Shown one piece after another: positions 1 through 13,959 of a stretch of 64,000 nt of DNA; position 1 is the stretch's first letter, and every line of letters starts with the position of its first letter. The DNA is from Felis catus (taxonomy: Eukaryota), in assembly GCF_018350175.1 (NCBI RefSeq), contig NC_058368.1:223388001-223452000 (forward strand), given 5' to 3'. The notes beneath the pieces were generated by a model. The model saw nothing but the letters and a program-made list of their open reading frames with translations, was not told the DNA's origin and searched no databases. Made by a program: the position numbers and the translations under genes.

Positions 1-762
1 TGCAGCTTTTGATCATGAAAAACCAGTTGTTTCTCAACTTCAGCTCCCACTTGTGTTGGCTTTCCTTTTCATGTGTTTCATTTGTTGGTGTAAAGACATG
101 CTTAGTTTTCATAGATACGATTCCTGTGGGCCCCACTTAGTGAAACTCTCTTCTGTGGAACATATGCATCTATCTCAGCTGGTAATTGGGACATGCCCCT
201 GTCCCTGGACTCCTTCGACGCAACCCTCTCCCTATAATTTTGGCAGAGAGCAAGGGTAGTAAACGTTCCAAGCATCTTCACCTTCACTGCCTATTGTTGT
301 AGTCTGACTGCTTGTCCCTTCTGGCTACCGGCTTTTCTGATCCACTCCTGCTCCTGCCTTTCTTCCCAGAATCTGCTACCTAGGCTCCGGGGGCCCACCT
401 GATGCCCACATATCCCTGCCCAGGCTCCAAGAGTTTTGAGCCTTAGCTGTTGGGCTCTGAAATCCAGGCGTTTTTCTGCTTTCACGTCTCATCACCTCCC
501 CACCATCCCAAACTATATTGTTTTGGAGGGATTCCCGAAGGCCAGCAGTATCTCCAAGAGATACCCTGGATTTAGTGGAATAAAGAAAGGGTTTCACAAA
601 ACTCTCCAGAAATTTCTCTGTTTTTCTCCCTTAATTTTTTAATTTCTGTGTGTTTATCTGATTTTTCCAGAAGTATTGGTGGTTCCCAAGTTTTTAGAAG
701 TGTTCTTGGTTCTCCAACTGTTTTCTGGGTTTAATTACCATCTATAAAAGCCTTTAGATTTA

Positions 763-868
763 GGGGCTCATTTGTTGAATGTCCAACTCTTGATTTCAGC
801 TCAGGATCCCAGGGTCGTGGAATCAAGCCCTGTGTTGGGCTCTGCGCTGAGTGTAGAGCCTACTTGGG

Positions 869-924
<56 letters not shown>

Positions 925-992
925 CCTCTGCCCCTCTCCCCTGCTTACTCTCTCTGAAAAATGAAAATAATATTAATGATAATAATAATAAT
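763..992 (+). mobile_element. Can-SINE
   Basis: tRNA-derived head, (CT)n, A tail. TSD taaaagcctttagattta (745-762 / 993-1010). Confidence 0.85.
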
Positions 993-1836
993 TAAAAGCC
1001 TTTAGATTTACAACTATCTTTTATTTTTGATCTCCCATTTATCTGTCCAGATCCACTTATGAGTTTATAGATAGCTCAGATCTCAGTTATCCCTATCATA
1101 TCATCTTCTATATTAAAATCTTCTCCTACCTTTCAGTGTCTCCCATATTATTTTTAAAATGTAAAAGGCACAATTATCTCCCTAATTCCTAAGATAGTAA
1201 ACAAATTGCCACCCTGCTTGACTCTGCTTCTTCCTTTGTCCTATGTTAAAAAATCAACCCATTTCTACACCTTTAATATAATGCCTATTTACTGTCTTTA
1301 TAATGTGTCTCCATTTTGCATCTTGAATACTTCCCCTTCCGTTAGTTGTTTTTTTTTTGTTTGTTTGTTTTTGTTTTTTTCTGTTTTTTTTTTTTTTTAA
1401 CACAGCCTCTTAACCTGTCAGGTTTCCTACAGCTTTCCCCCTTTAACTCAAATTTTGCATTATTTTATCTCTCCAGAATTCAATTCTGCTTCTATCATTG
1501 GGCATGCTCTCCTTCTCTCTACACCTCCCTTTTATGTTCAACACATTTGCACAGATTTTTCTTTTTTTTTTCAGTAAAAACTTTTAAACTGTTGAACGTG
1601 CCATTCAAGGACTTGAGCCCTACCCACTTCTTCAGACTTCTCCTGATCTGATCTTGTCCTGTGGGCTCTGGAACTTAAGCATACATGTCGTTTTTGTTTT
1701 TGTTTTTGTTTTTTGTTTTCTTTCTTTCTTTCTTTCTTTTTTTTTCTTGTGTGTGTGTTCGTTTGTTTTTGCTCTTGAATTTACACTTACTGTTACATTG
1801 CCTGGTCCTTAATAGTTGTTAAGTTACTTTGTGTTT

Positions 1837-2064
1837 GGGGCCCCTGGCTGTCTCATTTGATTAAGTGACCGAATCTTGATTTCTGCTCACTTCATGATCT
1901 CATGCTTTGTGAGTTCAAGCCCCATATAGGGCTCCGCACTGACAGTGAGGAGCCTGCTTGGGATTCTCTGTCTCCCTCTCTCTCTGCCCCTCCCCCATTT
2001 GCGTGCTCTCTCGCATGCTCTCTCTCTCCCTCTCTTTCAAAATAAATTGGTAAACTTAAAAAAA
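1837..2064 (+). mobile_element. Can-SINE
   Basis: Head, (CT)n, tail; imperfect TSD aagttaStttgtg. Confidence 0.85.
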
Positions 2065-2260
2065 AAGTTAGTTTGTGGTTAGTGTTTAGTGTATACAGCT
2101 GTTGAAATATGAGGCAGACCTAAGGATTACTCCTGTGACCCTAGAGCCATGTATATAGATGAAATCTCTATAAATTATACAACATATGTTAGGAATATGA
2201 GAAGAAAAATATAGAAACATTGGACAATAATTTATCAGATTTCAAATGTTGACAGTCTTT

Positions 2261-2485
2261 AATTTTTTTTTAATTTTTTTCCAACGTTTTTTATTTATTT
2301 TTGGGACAGAGAGAGACAGAGCATGAACGGGGGAGGGACAGAGAGAGGGAGACACAGAATCGGAAATAGGCTCCAGGCTCCGAGCCATCAGCCCAGAGCC
2401 TGACGCGGGGCTCGAACTCACAGACCGTGAGATCGTGACCTGGCTGAAGTCGGACGCTTAACCGACTGCGCCACCCAGGCGCCCC
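2261..2485 (-). mobile_element. Young feline Can-SINE
   Basis: CpG-rich; TSD tcaaatgttgaca (2242-2254 / 2486-2498). Confidence 0.9.
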
Positions 2486-2626
2486 TCAAATGTTGACATT
2501 TTTTTAAAAGCAGACATATCCTTAATGTTTAATCCTAAATCTAGGTTTTAATATATGACTATTATAGAAGATATGAAGATATATCTATAGTTTTATGCAT
2601 TTTGTCTTTGCAATAATGATGCATGT

Positions 2627-2869
2627 GGGGGCACCTGGGTAGCTCAGTCGGTTAAGTGTCCGACTTCAGCTCAGGTCTCGATCTCGTGATTTGTGGCTTG
2701 AGCCCTGCAGTGGGCTCTGAGGTGACAGCTCAGAGCCTGGAGCCTTCTTCAGATTCTGTGTTCCCCTTTCTCTCTGCCCCTTCCCTGCTCGTGCTATGTG
2801 TCTGTCTGTCTCTCTCCCTCTTTCAAAAATAAATAAACATTAAACAACAAAAACAACAACAACAAAAAA
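2627..2869 (+). mobile_element. Can-SINE
   Basis: ggggcacctgggtagctcagtcggttaag head; A-rich tail. Confidence 0.9.
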
Positions 2870-3094
2870 CTGCATGTGTGCATACAGTATTGCCATTTGA
2901 CTAAAGCATAAGACTCTGGGTTCTGAAGTTAAAGTATTCAAATCTAAATTCTCTTACTTAATAGCTTTGTAACCTTGGACAAATTAACAATAAGATTCAA
3001 CTTGTTAATTTAAACAATATGGGGATAATATAATAGCCACCTCAAGAAGTTACTTATGAAAATATAAATATTTTATATATGACACATAAAACTC

Positions 3095-3765
3095 TATCAT
3101 TTTCTTCTTACTGCTATAACAAATTATCCTCAATTTAGCAGCTTAAATAACAAATTTATTATCTTGCAGTTCCAGACGTCACAAGTTCTGAACTTCAGGT
3201 TATCAACATGGTTGCATTCACTTTGGAGAATCTGGGGATTCTCTAGGGGAAAATCTGTTTCTTGTCAAGATTCTAAGAAGCTGCCTGTTTTCCTTAGTTT
3301 TTAACCCATTCTAAAATCTCTAAGCTGTGATGCCTGGGGTGGCTCAGTCGGTTAAGCATCTGACTTTGGCTCAGGTCATGATCTCGCGGTCCATGAGTTT
3401 GAGCCCTGTGTTGGGCTCTGTGCTGACAGCTCAGAGCCTGCAATTTGCTTCCGATTCTGTGTTTCCCACTCTCTCTACTCCTCCCCCACTCGTGCTTTCT
3501 CTCACTCTCAAAAATAAATAAACATTATTTTTTTTAAATAAATAAAATCTCTAAGCTAAGGAGAATAGCATCTTCAGATACCTCTGTCTCTTCCACTGAC
3601 ATATCTGTTTCTGTCATCATATCTTTTATCTGATTCTCCCTCTTTGTCTTACCAAAACACACGTTACATTGACCACACTAAGAAGAGTTCCCCTTAATTT
3701 ATTCACATTAGCAAAGTTCGTTTTTTCTAAGTAAAATAACGTAATAGAGGATGGACATTTGGAGG
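3095..3765 (-). mobile_element. MLT1 (MaLR) LTR relic interrupted by a SINE
   Basis: tgctataacaaattat...aatttagcagcttaaa...aaatttattatcttgcagtt. Confidence 0.6.
3327..3542 (+). mobile_element. Can-SINE
   Basis: TSD taaaatctctaagct. Confidence 0.9.
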
Positions 3766-4689
3766 GGTGCAGTAAATGCAAAATAGTTTGTTTATTTACT
3801 TATTTTTTGGTAGGGAAAAGAGTGACAATCAGGATCTACTACTCAAAAACTTGCTCCAGATACTAAGGAATTAATTGTAGGACTCTAGTTTTATAAGGAG
3901 TTTAAAAATTATCTAAATAGATCACATGAAAAAATACAGAATAGAATAGAATTTGAATTTTTTTAATCTAGCAAGCTATAGAAAAATTAAAAAAAAAACC
4001 TTTACTTTTGAAGGTAGTCTATTTTCAAATTTAAAGTCCTACAAAGCAATATGAAATAATTCATTGTTCTTATCAAACTTACAAAAGCTCTTTTTCTTAC
4101 CAAACCTAATATAATTGGGGGAAATGTCTGGGTACAAGTAAAACATTCTTTAGATCATGTTCAAAGCCTTATTAACATTATACCCAAAACAATAGGTCAT
4201 TTTACCTCATTCATTTACTAAAATAGCCATTTACAAGTTAAGTAAATTTTGAGGTGAGCTTACATTTTCTTGTATTGCATGTTTTAGTGTAAGCTCAGTG
4301 GCAGGGGTACTATATCGATGATTAAGTTTTTATATAGCAACCATTGCAGGATAGTCTTGGTGCTTCATACATTTTTATAATATTAACAATAAAAGAGGTG
4401 CATTTTATATGATGACATATAATGGGCATATAACAAATGCATACTTGAAGACGTTTAAAATCTTTATAAACCATCTCAATCAAGATAATGCAAATATTGT
4501 AGTCAATAGCTTGTGACTCTAATCCTGACAACCACTGATTTGATTACTCTAACTATAGCTTACATTTTACATTTTATACATTTACATTCTGTACATTTTA
4601 TAAACGGAATCAGTATATGTAATTTTTTTATATTTTGGCTGATTTCATTCATCGTTCTGTTTTGAGATACACCCCCATGCATCACTAGT

Positions 4690-6030
4690 GGATTAATTAT
4701 TTCTCAAATATTCAGTTGCTTAAAACAACTATTATCTCAGTTTCTATGAGTCAGGAATCCATGGCTTTTTGGGTGTCTCTGATTCGGAATCTTTCATAAG
4801 GCTGTGATCAAGTTGTCCACTGGGATGCAGTCATCTCAAGGATAAATTATTCAGAAAATCCACATTCAAGTTCACTCTCATGTCTGTTAGTAGGCTTCAG
4901 GTTCATGCTGGGTATGGGCTGGAGACACCAGTTTCTTTTTTTTTTTAATTTTTTTTTTAATGTTTATTTCTGAGACAGAGAGAGACAGAGCATGATTGGG
5001 GGAGGGGCAGAGAGAGAGGGAGACACAGAATCAGAAGCAGGCTGCAGGCTCTGAGCCGTCAGCACACAGCCTGACGCGGGGCTTGAACTCACAAACCATG
5101 AGATCATGACCTGAGCCGAAGTCAGTCACTCAACCAACAGAGCCACCCAAGCACCCCATGGAGACACCAGTTTCTTGCCATTCAAGCTTTACAGGGATTC
5201 CCTTGCAGACAGCTTGCCTCTCTAGAAGCACCAAGAAAGAGAGTGAGAGCAATAGAGTTATAAATGACAAGAGTGGGCAAGTGTTACAGAAGCATGTATC
5301 TTTTTATAATCTATTTTTCAACATGACAACCCATCACTTTTACCTAATTAAGAGTTACTATGTCCTACACACATAAGGAGAGGAAATTACATACATGTTT
5401 ATATAGCTGGAGACGGCAATCATTATGGGTCATTCCAGTCTCTGTCCATTACAGGCTGCTCTCTGACACCCCAGTGATTCATATTCTTCCTACCAAATAC
5501 ACTCATCTTCACCCAAGGTCTGCACAAGTATCATCCCATTATGGGTTAATTCAAAATATAGGATCTCATTCTCTCATCCAAGTTCAGCTGGAGATGAGGA
5601 CTTTTGGGGTATAAGTCCTTAAGTTCACATCTTTAAATAAGTTCTTCTTGGTCTGTGGTTCTGTGCAAGTATAAAACATTTTATTTTCCCACCACACACA
5701 TAATGATGGGACAGGCACTAAAAACAACAAAACAAAAGAAAACAAAACACTATTCAAAAAGGACGAAGTTGGAGACACAAAGGATTCACTGCTCCATGGG
5801 ACTTTGAAATTCAATCAAGCAAATACTAGAGGTTCCTTAATTAGTTCTTAGGATGTAGGAATAATTTTCATGAATCCACCTTCTGGATTCATTTTCTCTG
5901 TAGGCTGTTTTATTCTTCCATATTTTATATAAAAGTTAGGATATGTGCACTGCTGAGTGGTTTTCTTGGCTGGCATCCCGCTGTTAAATTTTGGAGATCA
6001 GTCTCTTCCAAAATTTTTGAAGAAATGTCC
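4690..6030 (-). mobile_element. MLT1 LTR plus adjacent MaLR internal relic
   Basis: agttgcttaaaacaac...tctcagtttctatgagtcaggaatc. The LTR/internal junction is near 5452 (tgattcatattcttcc...aaatacactca). Confidence 0.5.
4938..5157 (-). mobile_element. Can-SINE
   Basis: TSD tggagacaccagtttctt. Confidence 0.9.
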
Positions 6031-6238
6031 CTGTTACATTGCATCATTTAATTAAATTATCAAACTACATTAGAGCATTTGTTAATTCAAGTTGCCATTA
6101 ATTTGTGTGCGGGGTCTATTTTTGGGTTGTCTATTCTATCCCTTTAATCTGCTCGCTTCTATTAACACCAGTGTTGTTTTCTTGTTAGACCTGAAATCAA
6201 ATAGTTCAAATATGCCAATTATGCTCTTTTTTTCTCTC

Positions 6239-6462
6239 TTTTTAAAAATTTTTAATGCTTATTTATTTTTGAGAGACAGAGAGAGTAAGAGTGTGAGTTG
6301 GGGAGAGGCAGAGATAGAGAGAGGCAGACACAGAATCCAAAGCAGGCTCCAGGCTCTGAGCTGTCCACACAGAGCCTGATGTGAGGCTCAAACCCACAAA
6401 CCACAAGATCATGACCTGAGCCAAATTTGGGCGCTTAACCTACTGAGCCACTCAGGTGCCCC
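6239..6462 (-). mobile_element. Can-SINE
   Basis: Reverse complement of the consensus SINE. Confidence 0.9.
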
Positions 6463-6541
6463 TCTTTTTTGTCTAAAAGTATTTTGGCTATTTATTTTAA
6501 GTCAATGGCAATTTTCATATAATTTTTAGAATTTGCTTGTT

Positions 6542-6757
6542 GGGGCGCCTGGGTGGCTCAGTCAGTTGAGCGTCTGACATCGGCTCAGGTCATGATCTCG
6601 CTGTCCGTGAGTTCGAGCCCTGCGTCGGGCTCTGTGCTGACAGCTCAGAGCCTGGAGCCTGCTTCGGATTCTGTGTCTCCCTCTCTCTCTGACCCTCCTC
6701 CATTCATGCTCTGTCTCTCTCTGTCTCAAAAATAAATAAACATTAATTTTTTTTAAA
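6542..6757 (+). mobile_element. Can-SINE
   Basis: ggggcgcctgggtggctcag head; TSD-like agaa..tgcttgtt. Confidence 0.9.
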
Positions 6758-7801
6758 AGAACTGCTTGTTAATTTCTACTATTGATGGAATTTCATATAC
6801 TCTATGGATCACTTTTAGGGAAAATGATAATTTTATGGGTACTTCCAATTCTTGAGATTGCTTCTCTTATTTTTGTAAGCAATGGTTTGTGGTTTTCAGT
6901 AAAGAGTTCTTCACACATCTTTATTTAAATTTATTCCTAATTTTTTAGGCTTTTCGATGCCATCATAAATTATATTGCTTAATACCTTAATTTTATTTTT
7001 CTTTTATTCCTAATGTGCTGAATGTTGTATCATAAATGTACACTGACTTCTGTTAAATACCTCTTATGCATCTATTGAGATAACCATTTAATTATTTTTC
7101 TTAATTGTCATCACGTGGTTAAATGTATTGTTTGATTTTTTAATGTAAAACTTTTCATTAATATGGTAGACTCACTTGCTCATGGTATGCTACTCATTTT
7201 ATATGATTCTGGATCCTATTTGCTAATATATTATTTTAAAAAAATATGCCCTGCATTTCTCTAAAAGGTACCTGACTATTTTCCTGGATTAATATCATAC
7301 ACTGTAAGTTTTTGTTCATTTTAAATTTATTGAGACTTGTATTATTAAGTATATGTTCTCTTGGTGAACTTTCCCTGTGTACTTAACAAGAATGTATTAT
7401 ATGCAGTTGTCAGGCTTTGTGGTTTGTGAAGTCAGCTGGGTCAGATTGATGGATACCACAAGTGTTTCTCTCTCTTTTTACAAGTTTGTGTATTTTCGCA
7501 GTTACTGATGGTGACGTGTGAAATTTACCACCTCTGACTGTGTATTTCCATATTTCTCTTATTATGCCAATTTTTGATTCATGAATTTTTGTGTTCTATA
7601 ATTAGGTCTATGTGTATTTAGGATTTTTCATGCTCTAAATGAATCACAAAATTCTCTCTTTTAACTCTTGTAATATACTATGCATTGATGTATATACTTT
7701 GTCTGATATTCATAAACTTGCTTTTCCAAGTTTATAGCTTGCTTGTGTATCATCTTTCATCCTTCAGCCTTATGCATTTTCATTTAAAGCACATTATTGT
7801 A

Positions 7802-7970
7802 GGGGCACCTTGGTGGCTCAGTCGATTAAGTGTCTGACTCTTGGTTTCGGCTCAGGTCATGATCTCATGGTTCTGGGACTGAGCCCCACCAGGCTCTATG
7901 CTGACAGCACAGAGGTTGCTTGGGATCCTCTGTCTCCCCCATACTTCCCCTCCCCACCTGCCTTTCAAAA
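7802..7970 (+). mobile_element. Can-SINE (older, 3' degraded)
   Basis: ggggcaccttggtggctcagtcgattaag head. Confidence 0.8.
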
Positions 7971-9149
7971 TGTGTTGAAAGAATATCCTTCTTCTGTTGA
8001 ATTGTCCTGGAATATATATTGAAAATAAGTTGACCTTAAAGGTATAGATTTATTTTTGAACTCTCATTCCTATTCCACTGATTTGTACATTTATTCTGTC
8101 CCAGAACCATATGGTTTTGGTCACTAAAGCTTTGTAGTAAGCTTTTATATCTATAATAGCTAGCCTTCCAACCTCATTCTTTTTCAATACTTTTTTATAC
8201 TATTTAGGTTACTTTCCTTTTCCATATTAATATTTGAATAGCTTGTCAATTTCTACAAAAAAATGTGGGATTTTGGTAGATATTCCAATAACTAAATAGT
8301 GCAATTTTAATATTCTAATTTTTCAGCCAATGAACCAGTGGTGTCTTTTATTTAGGAAATTTACTTAGGAAATGCCTTTCATTTGTTATTTAGTTTTTAG
8401 GAAGAGTTTATAGTTTTAAGTGTATAAGTTTGCTCTGCTTTTATTAAATTTATTCCTAAATATTTCATTGTTTTGGATACTATTTTAAATTTCTTAAATT
8501 TTGGATTCTTTACTGCTAGTTTATAGAAGTAATACTTATATTTTTATATTCATCTTGTATCCTGAAACCTTGCTGAACTTTTCTTTAGCACTATTAATTT
8601 TTGGCAGACTGCTTGGTATTTTGTATATAAAAAGCCATGCCATGTACAAATAAAGATGCTTGTTTTCTTCTCTTCCAAATCTTTTTTTTTTTCCTTACCT
8701 AATTACCCTCGCTACAACTTTCAGTACACAGTTGAACAAAAATGCCAAGAGTGGATATTTGGAGTGCTTATGATCCCCAGAGAAAAACTTCACTCTTTCA
8801 CCATTAAATGTGGCATTAACTGCTGTTCTATTACAGATGCACTTAATCAGGTTGAGGACATTCTCTTTTATTTCTAGTTGGTTGACTATCATAAAATAAT
8901 GTTAGATTTTGCCAGATGTTTTTTTTTTTTTTCTGACTCTATGAGATAATCATGTAAGTTTTCTTTACAATGCTTATATTGTATCATATTGATTGATTTT
9001 GGTATGTTTTATGCAACCTTGCATTCCTGGCTAAATCATACTTTATCATGTGTGTATTTTTAAATATACAAAACATACATGTTTCTGGATTTGATTTGCA
9101 GATGTTTTGTTGAGGATTGTTGTACCTATAAGGTAAATTTGTCCATAGA

Positions 9150-9374
9150 TTATTTTTTATTTTTTATTTTTTAATGTTTATTTATATTTGAGAGATAGAG
9201 AGACAAAGTGAGAGTAAGGGAGGGGCAGAGAGAGAGGGAGCCACAGAGTCTGAAGCAGGCTCCAGGCTCTGAGCTCTCAGCACAGAGCCCGACGTGGGGC
9301 TCGAACTCACTAACCATGAGATCACGAACTGAGCCAAAGTCCAATGCTTAACCGTCTGAGCTACCCAGATGCCC
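9150..9374 (-). mobile_element. Can-SINE
   Basis: Reverse complement of the consensus SINE. Confidence 0.9.
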
Positions 9375-10509
9375 TCCTCTTTTGTGATATTTTCATCAGG
9401 TTTTGGTGTCAGTATTATGATGGCCTCATATAATGAACTGTAGTCCACATCTCTTATTCTGTCTTTTGGAGAAGTTTAAGAAGGAATGATGATAATTATT
9501 TCACTGTTGGATGGAAATCACCAGTGAGGCTATCTCTTCCTGGACTTTTCTTCCTGAGTTTTTAATTGTCATTTTAGGATGTTGCTTTTCAAGACTACTG
9601 TATAACTTTGGGGGAGGGAGGGAGATGGAATAAAGGCACATTAAAATAGCATAGAGATTACTGTTCACACCAAGATTCAGCTTTTTTTCTTGCTTACATT
9701 CTCCCTGGAATGGTACAAGTCTTTGGTTAATTTCCAGAGATCTGAAAAGTTGATTCTTAGAATTCTAAGAATTGCCAGTAATCTCATTGCTTTTATGGAG
9801 AAAGTTCTAGAAATCCTTAGTCCACCTTTTTGTGCTGAAGTCTCCAGTACATTTACATTTAATGTAATTATTGACAAGGCTGGTAGACATCCATACTGTT
9901 TTTGTTCTTGGATTGTCGGGTTTTTTGTTCGTTAATGTTTCTTCCTACCTTATCTTAGTTTACTCACATTTTAAAAAATAATTCTTTTAAACTCTCTGTA
10001 GACTTTTTTTTCAGTTATTCATCACTTTATTAATTTGTAGTGTTTGTCACTAGTCCTAAACAATACACCTAAATAGCATAGCAAAATCTGTTTTGGAATC
10101 CATATTGGACCACTTCACATGTGGCACTTCTCATTTGCCACTGATCCCTCTGCCCACCTCACATTGGATACTTCTACTTTCCAACTTCCACTTTACCATT
10201 CAAATATTCCCCTTCACAACTGGAGTTCCAGTAAGACAGTATGCTTTCTTCCCATTTCATTTTTTTTCTCCTTCTGTCATATCTTTTAGTCAAATCACCT
10301 AATAAAACTCATCTTACAATGTTGTTAATTTTGCTTTAAATAATCAGTTGTATGTTTACACTGAAAATTTTAACTCATAGTCTTTAAAATATTTACCTCT
10401 TCACTGACCACTTTTAGATCTCATCCCCACCAGTCTCTGAGCCAAGTTTTCTCCTGTATTATTTGAGTGTCTTACCTCTTTTTAAATATTTACTTTTTAT
10501 TTGATATCA

Positions 10510-10723
10510 TTTATTTTTTTAATGTTTATTTATTTTTGAGAGAGAGAGACAGAGCATGAGTGGGAGAGGGGCAGAGAGACAGAGGGAGACACAAAATCCA
10601 AAGCAGGCTCCAGACTCTGAGCTGTCAGCACAGAGCCCAACGCAGGGCTTAAACTCACAAACTGTGAAATCATGACCTGAGTTGAAGTCGGACACTTAAC
10701 CAACTGAGCCACCCAGGTGTCCC
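10510..10723 (-). mobile_element. Can-SINE
   Basis: Reverse complement of the consensus SINE. Confidence 0.9.
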
Positions 10724-12596
10724 TGACATCTTTCAATGTATCATGAATTCTTTATGAAAATTCCTCTCATCATATTTCATTCTTTAATAACATTTATTGA
10801 AAATAGGATGCGTTGGGTGTTGGGGACGTAGGAGTGAGTGAAACGTGGCTGCTGTCCTCAATGAGAATCAAGTGAATTGGGAGATGTGGGGCATCTCACT
10901 GGAAATAAACCATAAAATGGTAACTGCTGAATGATAGGTAAGGTAGGGATTCTTTTACATCACAAAGGAAAGACAGCGTATTTGGATGAAAAATTGAGGG
11001 ACAACTTCACAGAAGATAGGAAACGACTTACTTCTGGTCAAATAAATAGAAAATATGTAGTTTGAGGAAATCACGTGTGGAGAGTAGGCACATTAGAGGC
11101 CAGATCATCCACGTTAGTTTGACTAAAATTCGATGTGAATAGTTAAGTGCCTGAAGATTAAATCACACACGTAGACAAGCACCCAGTGAGGATGTCTGCC
11201 ATCTGAAGGCTGTGGTACGTTCTCGTGTTTTATTTAAGAAAGGATAAAATCACATTTTAGAAATAACACATTGGACTCTAGTGTAAATGCAATGTGTGTG
11301 GAACAGAAACAGGAAGAGAGGTAATGAGACCACTCAGGGGAAACTGCAATAATTTCATAAAGTAGGAGAGCTTGGATGAACTCTGATAACTGTTGGAGAG
11401 AAGGGGTGGGGGTGAGGGGATTTTTAAAGAAACAGATTCACAAGAATTGAGAAAGTTTTCAGTGAGGAGAAGTGGAAAAATAAAAATCATCATTAGTGCA
11501 TACAAGGCCATGTCGAGTGTCTGAGAGGGTTATAGCTCTGGTTATTCAATCTGAGAAGAAGAGAGAAAGTCAAGAATGAGGTCAGAGCTACAGCTGAGTA
11601 AATTGGACTTTATGATTCAAACATTTCAATAGCATTCCATTCTGAAAAGCTTAACTGAGAGGAAAATTGTGTACAATAACAGACTACAGAATTTTTATTT
11701 CAACATGCAGAGTTATATGTACGTAGCTCAGGGTTGAGTAGTCCCTTATGTCACAGAAAAACTTAGCAAGACACTTTGAACTGTAGCCCTATTGTGTCTC
11801 AGTCCACAGTTTCTCTCCATTAGAAAAGCTTCCATATTTCCATGTCTTGCATTTCCAAAGTTAGGAACCAATATCTGAGAGTTCTGCATTCTGCTCCCTT
11901 ATGTTGAGTTAGCTTTATCATGGTTTTAAATTAGCCTTCTCCTCAAAAAAAAAAAAAAAAGTTGTTTAATAACTAAGTGGTTTTGGGTAACCTTAGAACA
12001 ATTCATATTATGTGATAGGATTAAATCCACAACAGATGAATAAGGAAAATGTTTGATGAGAATTATTTTTTTTTAATGTATAACTTTTATCCTTTGATAG
12101 AAATGGCAAAACAGGAATACAGATGGAGACTTTGAGTCCTTTCCTCTGGGAAAACTTCCAAGCAAGGGAAAATTAGTTTCACCTCATGCTTCTATCAGAA
12201 CTGTCCCTACTCTGGATCTGTTGCTCTTTCTTGCTCACTGCACTAAAAACTTCTTGAAGGCAAGGGACCCTGTCTGATTTATATCAACACATTGGTTGAT
12301 ACATAGTAGGGATGCATTTTTTTCTTCCATTCTGTTACAGTGCATTGGTTTTAAGCCTAGAAATAAACACATGGACCATGTTGATAGAGACCAAAAGAAT
12401 AACTGAATAGAGATGTAGGGGGCTTACATGAGGGACACAGGAGGTAGGCAGGGATATCAAAAAATTTCAAGACACACTTCAACAAAACAAGACAACCATT
12501 CCAGGAAGCATCACCTACCAGTGCCTGGGCAACTTAATGCAATAGCCTGGGAGTTGTACCTACATTCAAGATAGAATGTAGCAACCTGAGGCATAG

Positions 12597-12597
12597 C

Positions 12598-12649
<52 letters not shown>
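12597..12649. repeat. (GATA)n tetranucleotide microsatellite
   Basis: About 13 perfect units, read directly. Confidence 0.95.
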
Positions 12650-13335
12650 TCGTAAACATCTCAGAGTGAGAATCCAGCAAAGGTTAGACCCTATGCATGG
12701 AAATGAGATGCTGCCTGAAATTTTCTAAAGATTCTTGTGGCTTTGAGAATGGGCTGCCACATATTGTGACTTTTCTCCATTATTGGCCCAGATAAAACCC
12801 AGAAGTGTTCTTCAGTAACAACAGGAATATATATACTTAAAAAGTAATAGATATTTATTCAGTCAGTTAAACTGAAAGACATAAAAGGAAATTGACTGGC
12901 TCACTGCGGTGTATGCTTTTTTCTGCCCTCCCTCAAGCCTCAGTGGCTTAGATTATAATCTATCCTAACTCCATACATCCATGTTAATAAATATGGATAT
13001 ACTGTACATGTAATTTTTGTTATTTATCCTTTAAGTAAGATCTCAGCTTCTATATTATTACACAGCATGCCTTTCCCATCCACAACAAATTATAGATAGT
13101 TCCTCAGAGCTAGCATATTCATATTATTATTTTAATGGTAATTCACTATTTATAAAATAATCCCCCTCCAGACAGACTTTTAGATTTTTTTTTGCCTCTG
13201 AAATAATCATTATTATTCCTATATAAAATCCCTTATACACAGATGTTTTAATTTCTCTTGTTAAAACAAGACACTGGTGTGCTTGGTTTTCCTTCTACCT
13301 GACTAGGGGCTCTTTATCTTTCTCGTCCCTCTGAC

Positions 13336-13522
13336 TTTTTTTTTTTAATGTTTTATTTATTTTTGAGAGAGTGCAAGTGGGGGAGGGGCAGAGAGAGGGG
13401 GGACAGAGGATCAAGAAGCAGGCTCTGCACTGACAGCAGCGAGCCAGATGTGGGGCTTGAACTCAAGAACCACGAGATCATGACCTGAGCCGAGGTAGGA
13501 CTGAGCCACCCAGATGTCCCCC
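13336..13522 (-). mobile_element. Can-SINE
   Basis: Reverse complement with an internal deletion; TSD-like cctctgRctttt. Confidence 0.85.
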
Positions 13523-13959
13523 TCTGGCTTTTTAATTTTGAAGCACTACAGGTTTCAGTCCTCAGTTCTTCCCTTTGTACCTACGTTTATTTCATTGGTA
13601 ATCTCATCCTGTTTCATAGCTCTAAATACCACTTTTGTTCTGGCTGTCTCCCAAATTTATAAGCCAACCATATTTGTCTTTGAACTAGAGACTGCATATA
13701 AAAAATGGCCTCTACATCTCTACTGAGATCGCCAATAGAAATACCAAGATTAGCATGTCAAAATTCAATTCCTGACCTTCCCCTTTCTATTTCCTGTACC
13801 TGTATCCTTCCATATCCCATTTGATTAAATTCTGAACTCTTCATAACTGTAGCCAAGCACCTAATATCTGTGCTTGAATTCTCCTTTTTCATAAATCCCA
13901 TACTACTACTTTAGGGAAACTTTGTGTGCTCTTTCTTTTTAAAATTTGTGTCCAGAATT

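Larger units (their letters stand above)
6050..9560 (-). mobile_element. Old fragmented LINE-1 pieces (L1M-type), interrupted by SINEs
   Basis: Minus-strand ORF2 remnants, e.g. LYEAIIILTPKPDENIT and FNGERVKFFS...PLLAFLFNCVLKVVARVIR. Confidence 0.7.

Noticed and set aside
6542..6620. tRNA-like sequences at SINE heads
   Set aside because: These are the tRNA-derived Pol III A/B-box regions of SINEs, not tRNA genes.
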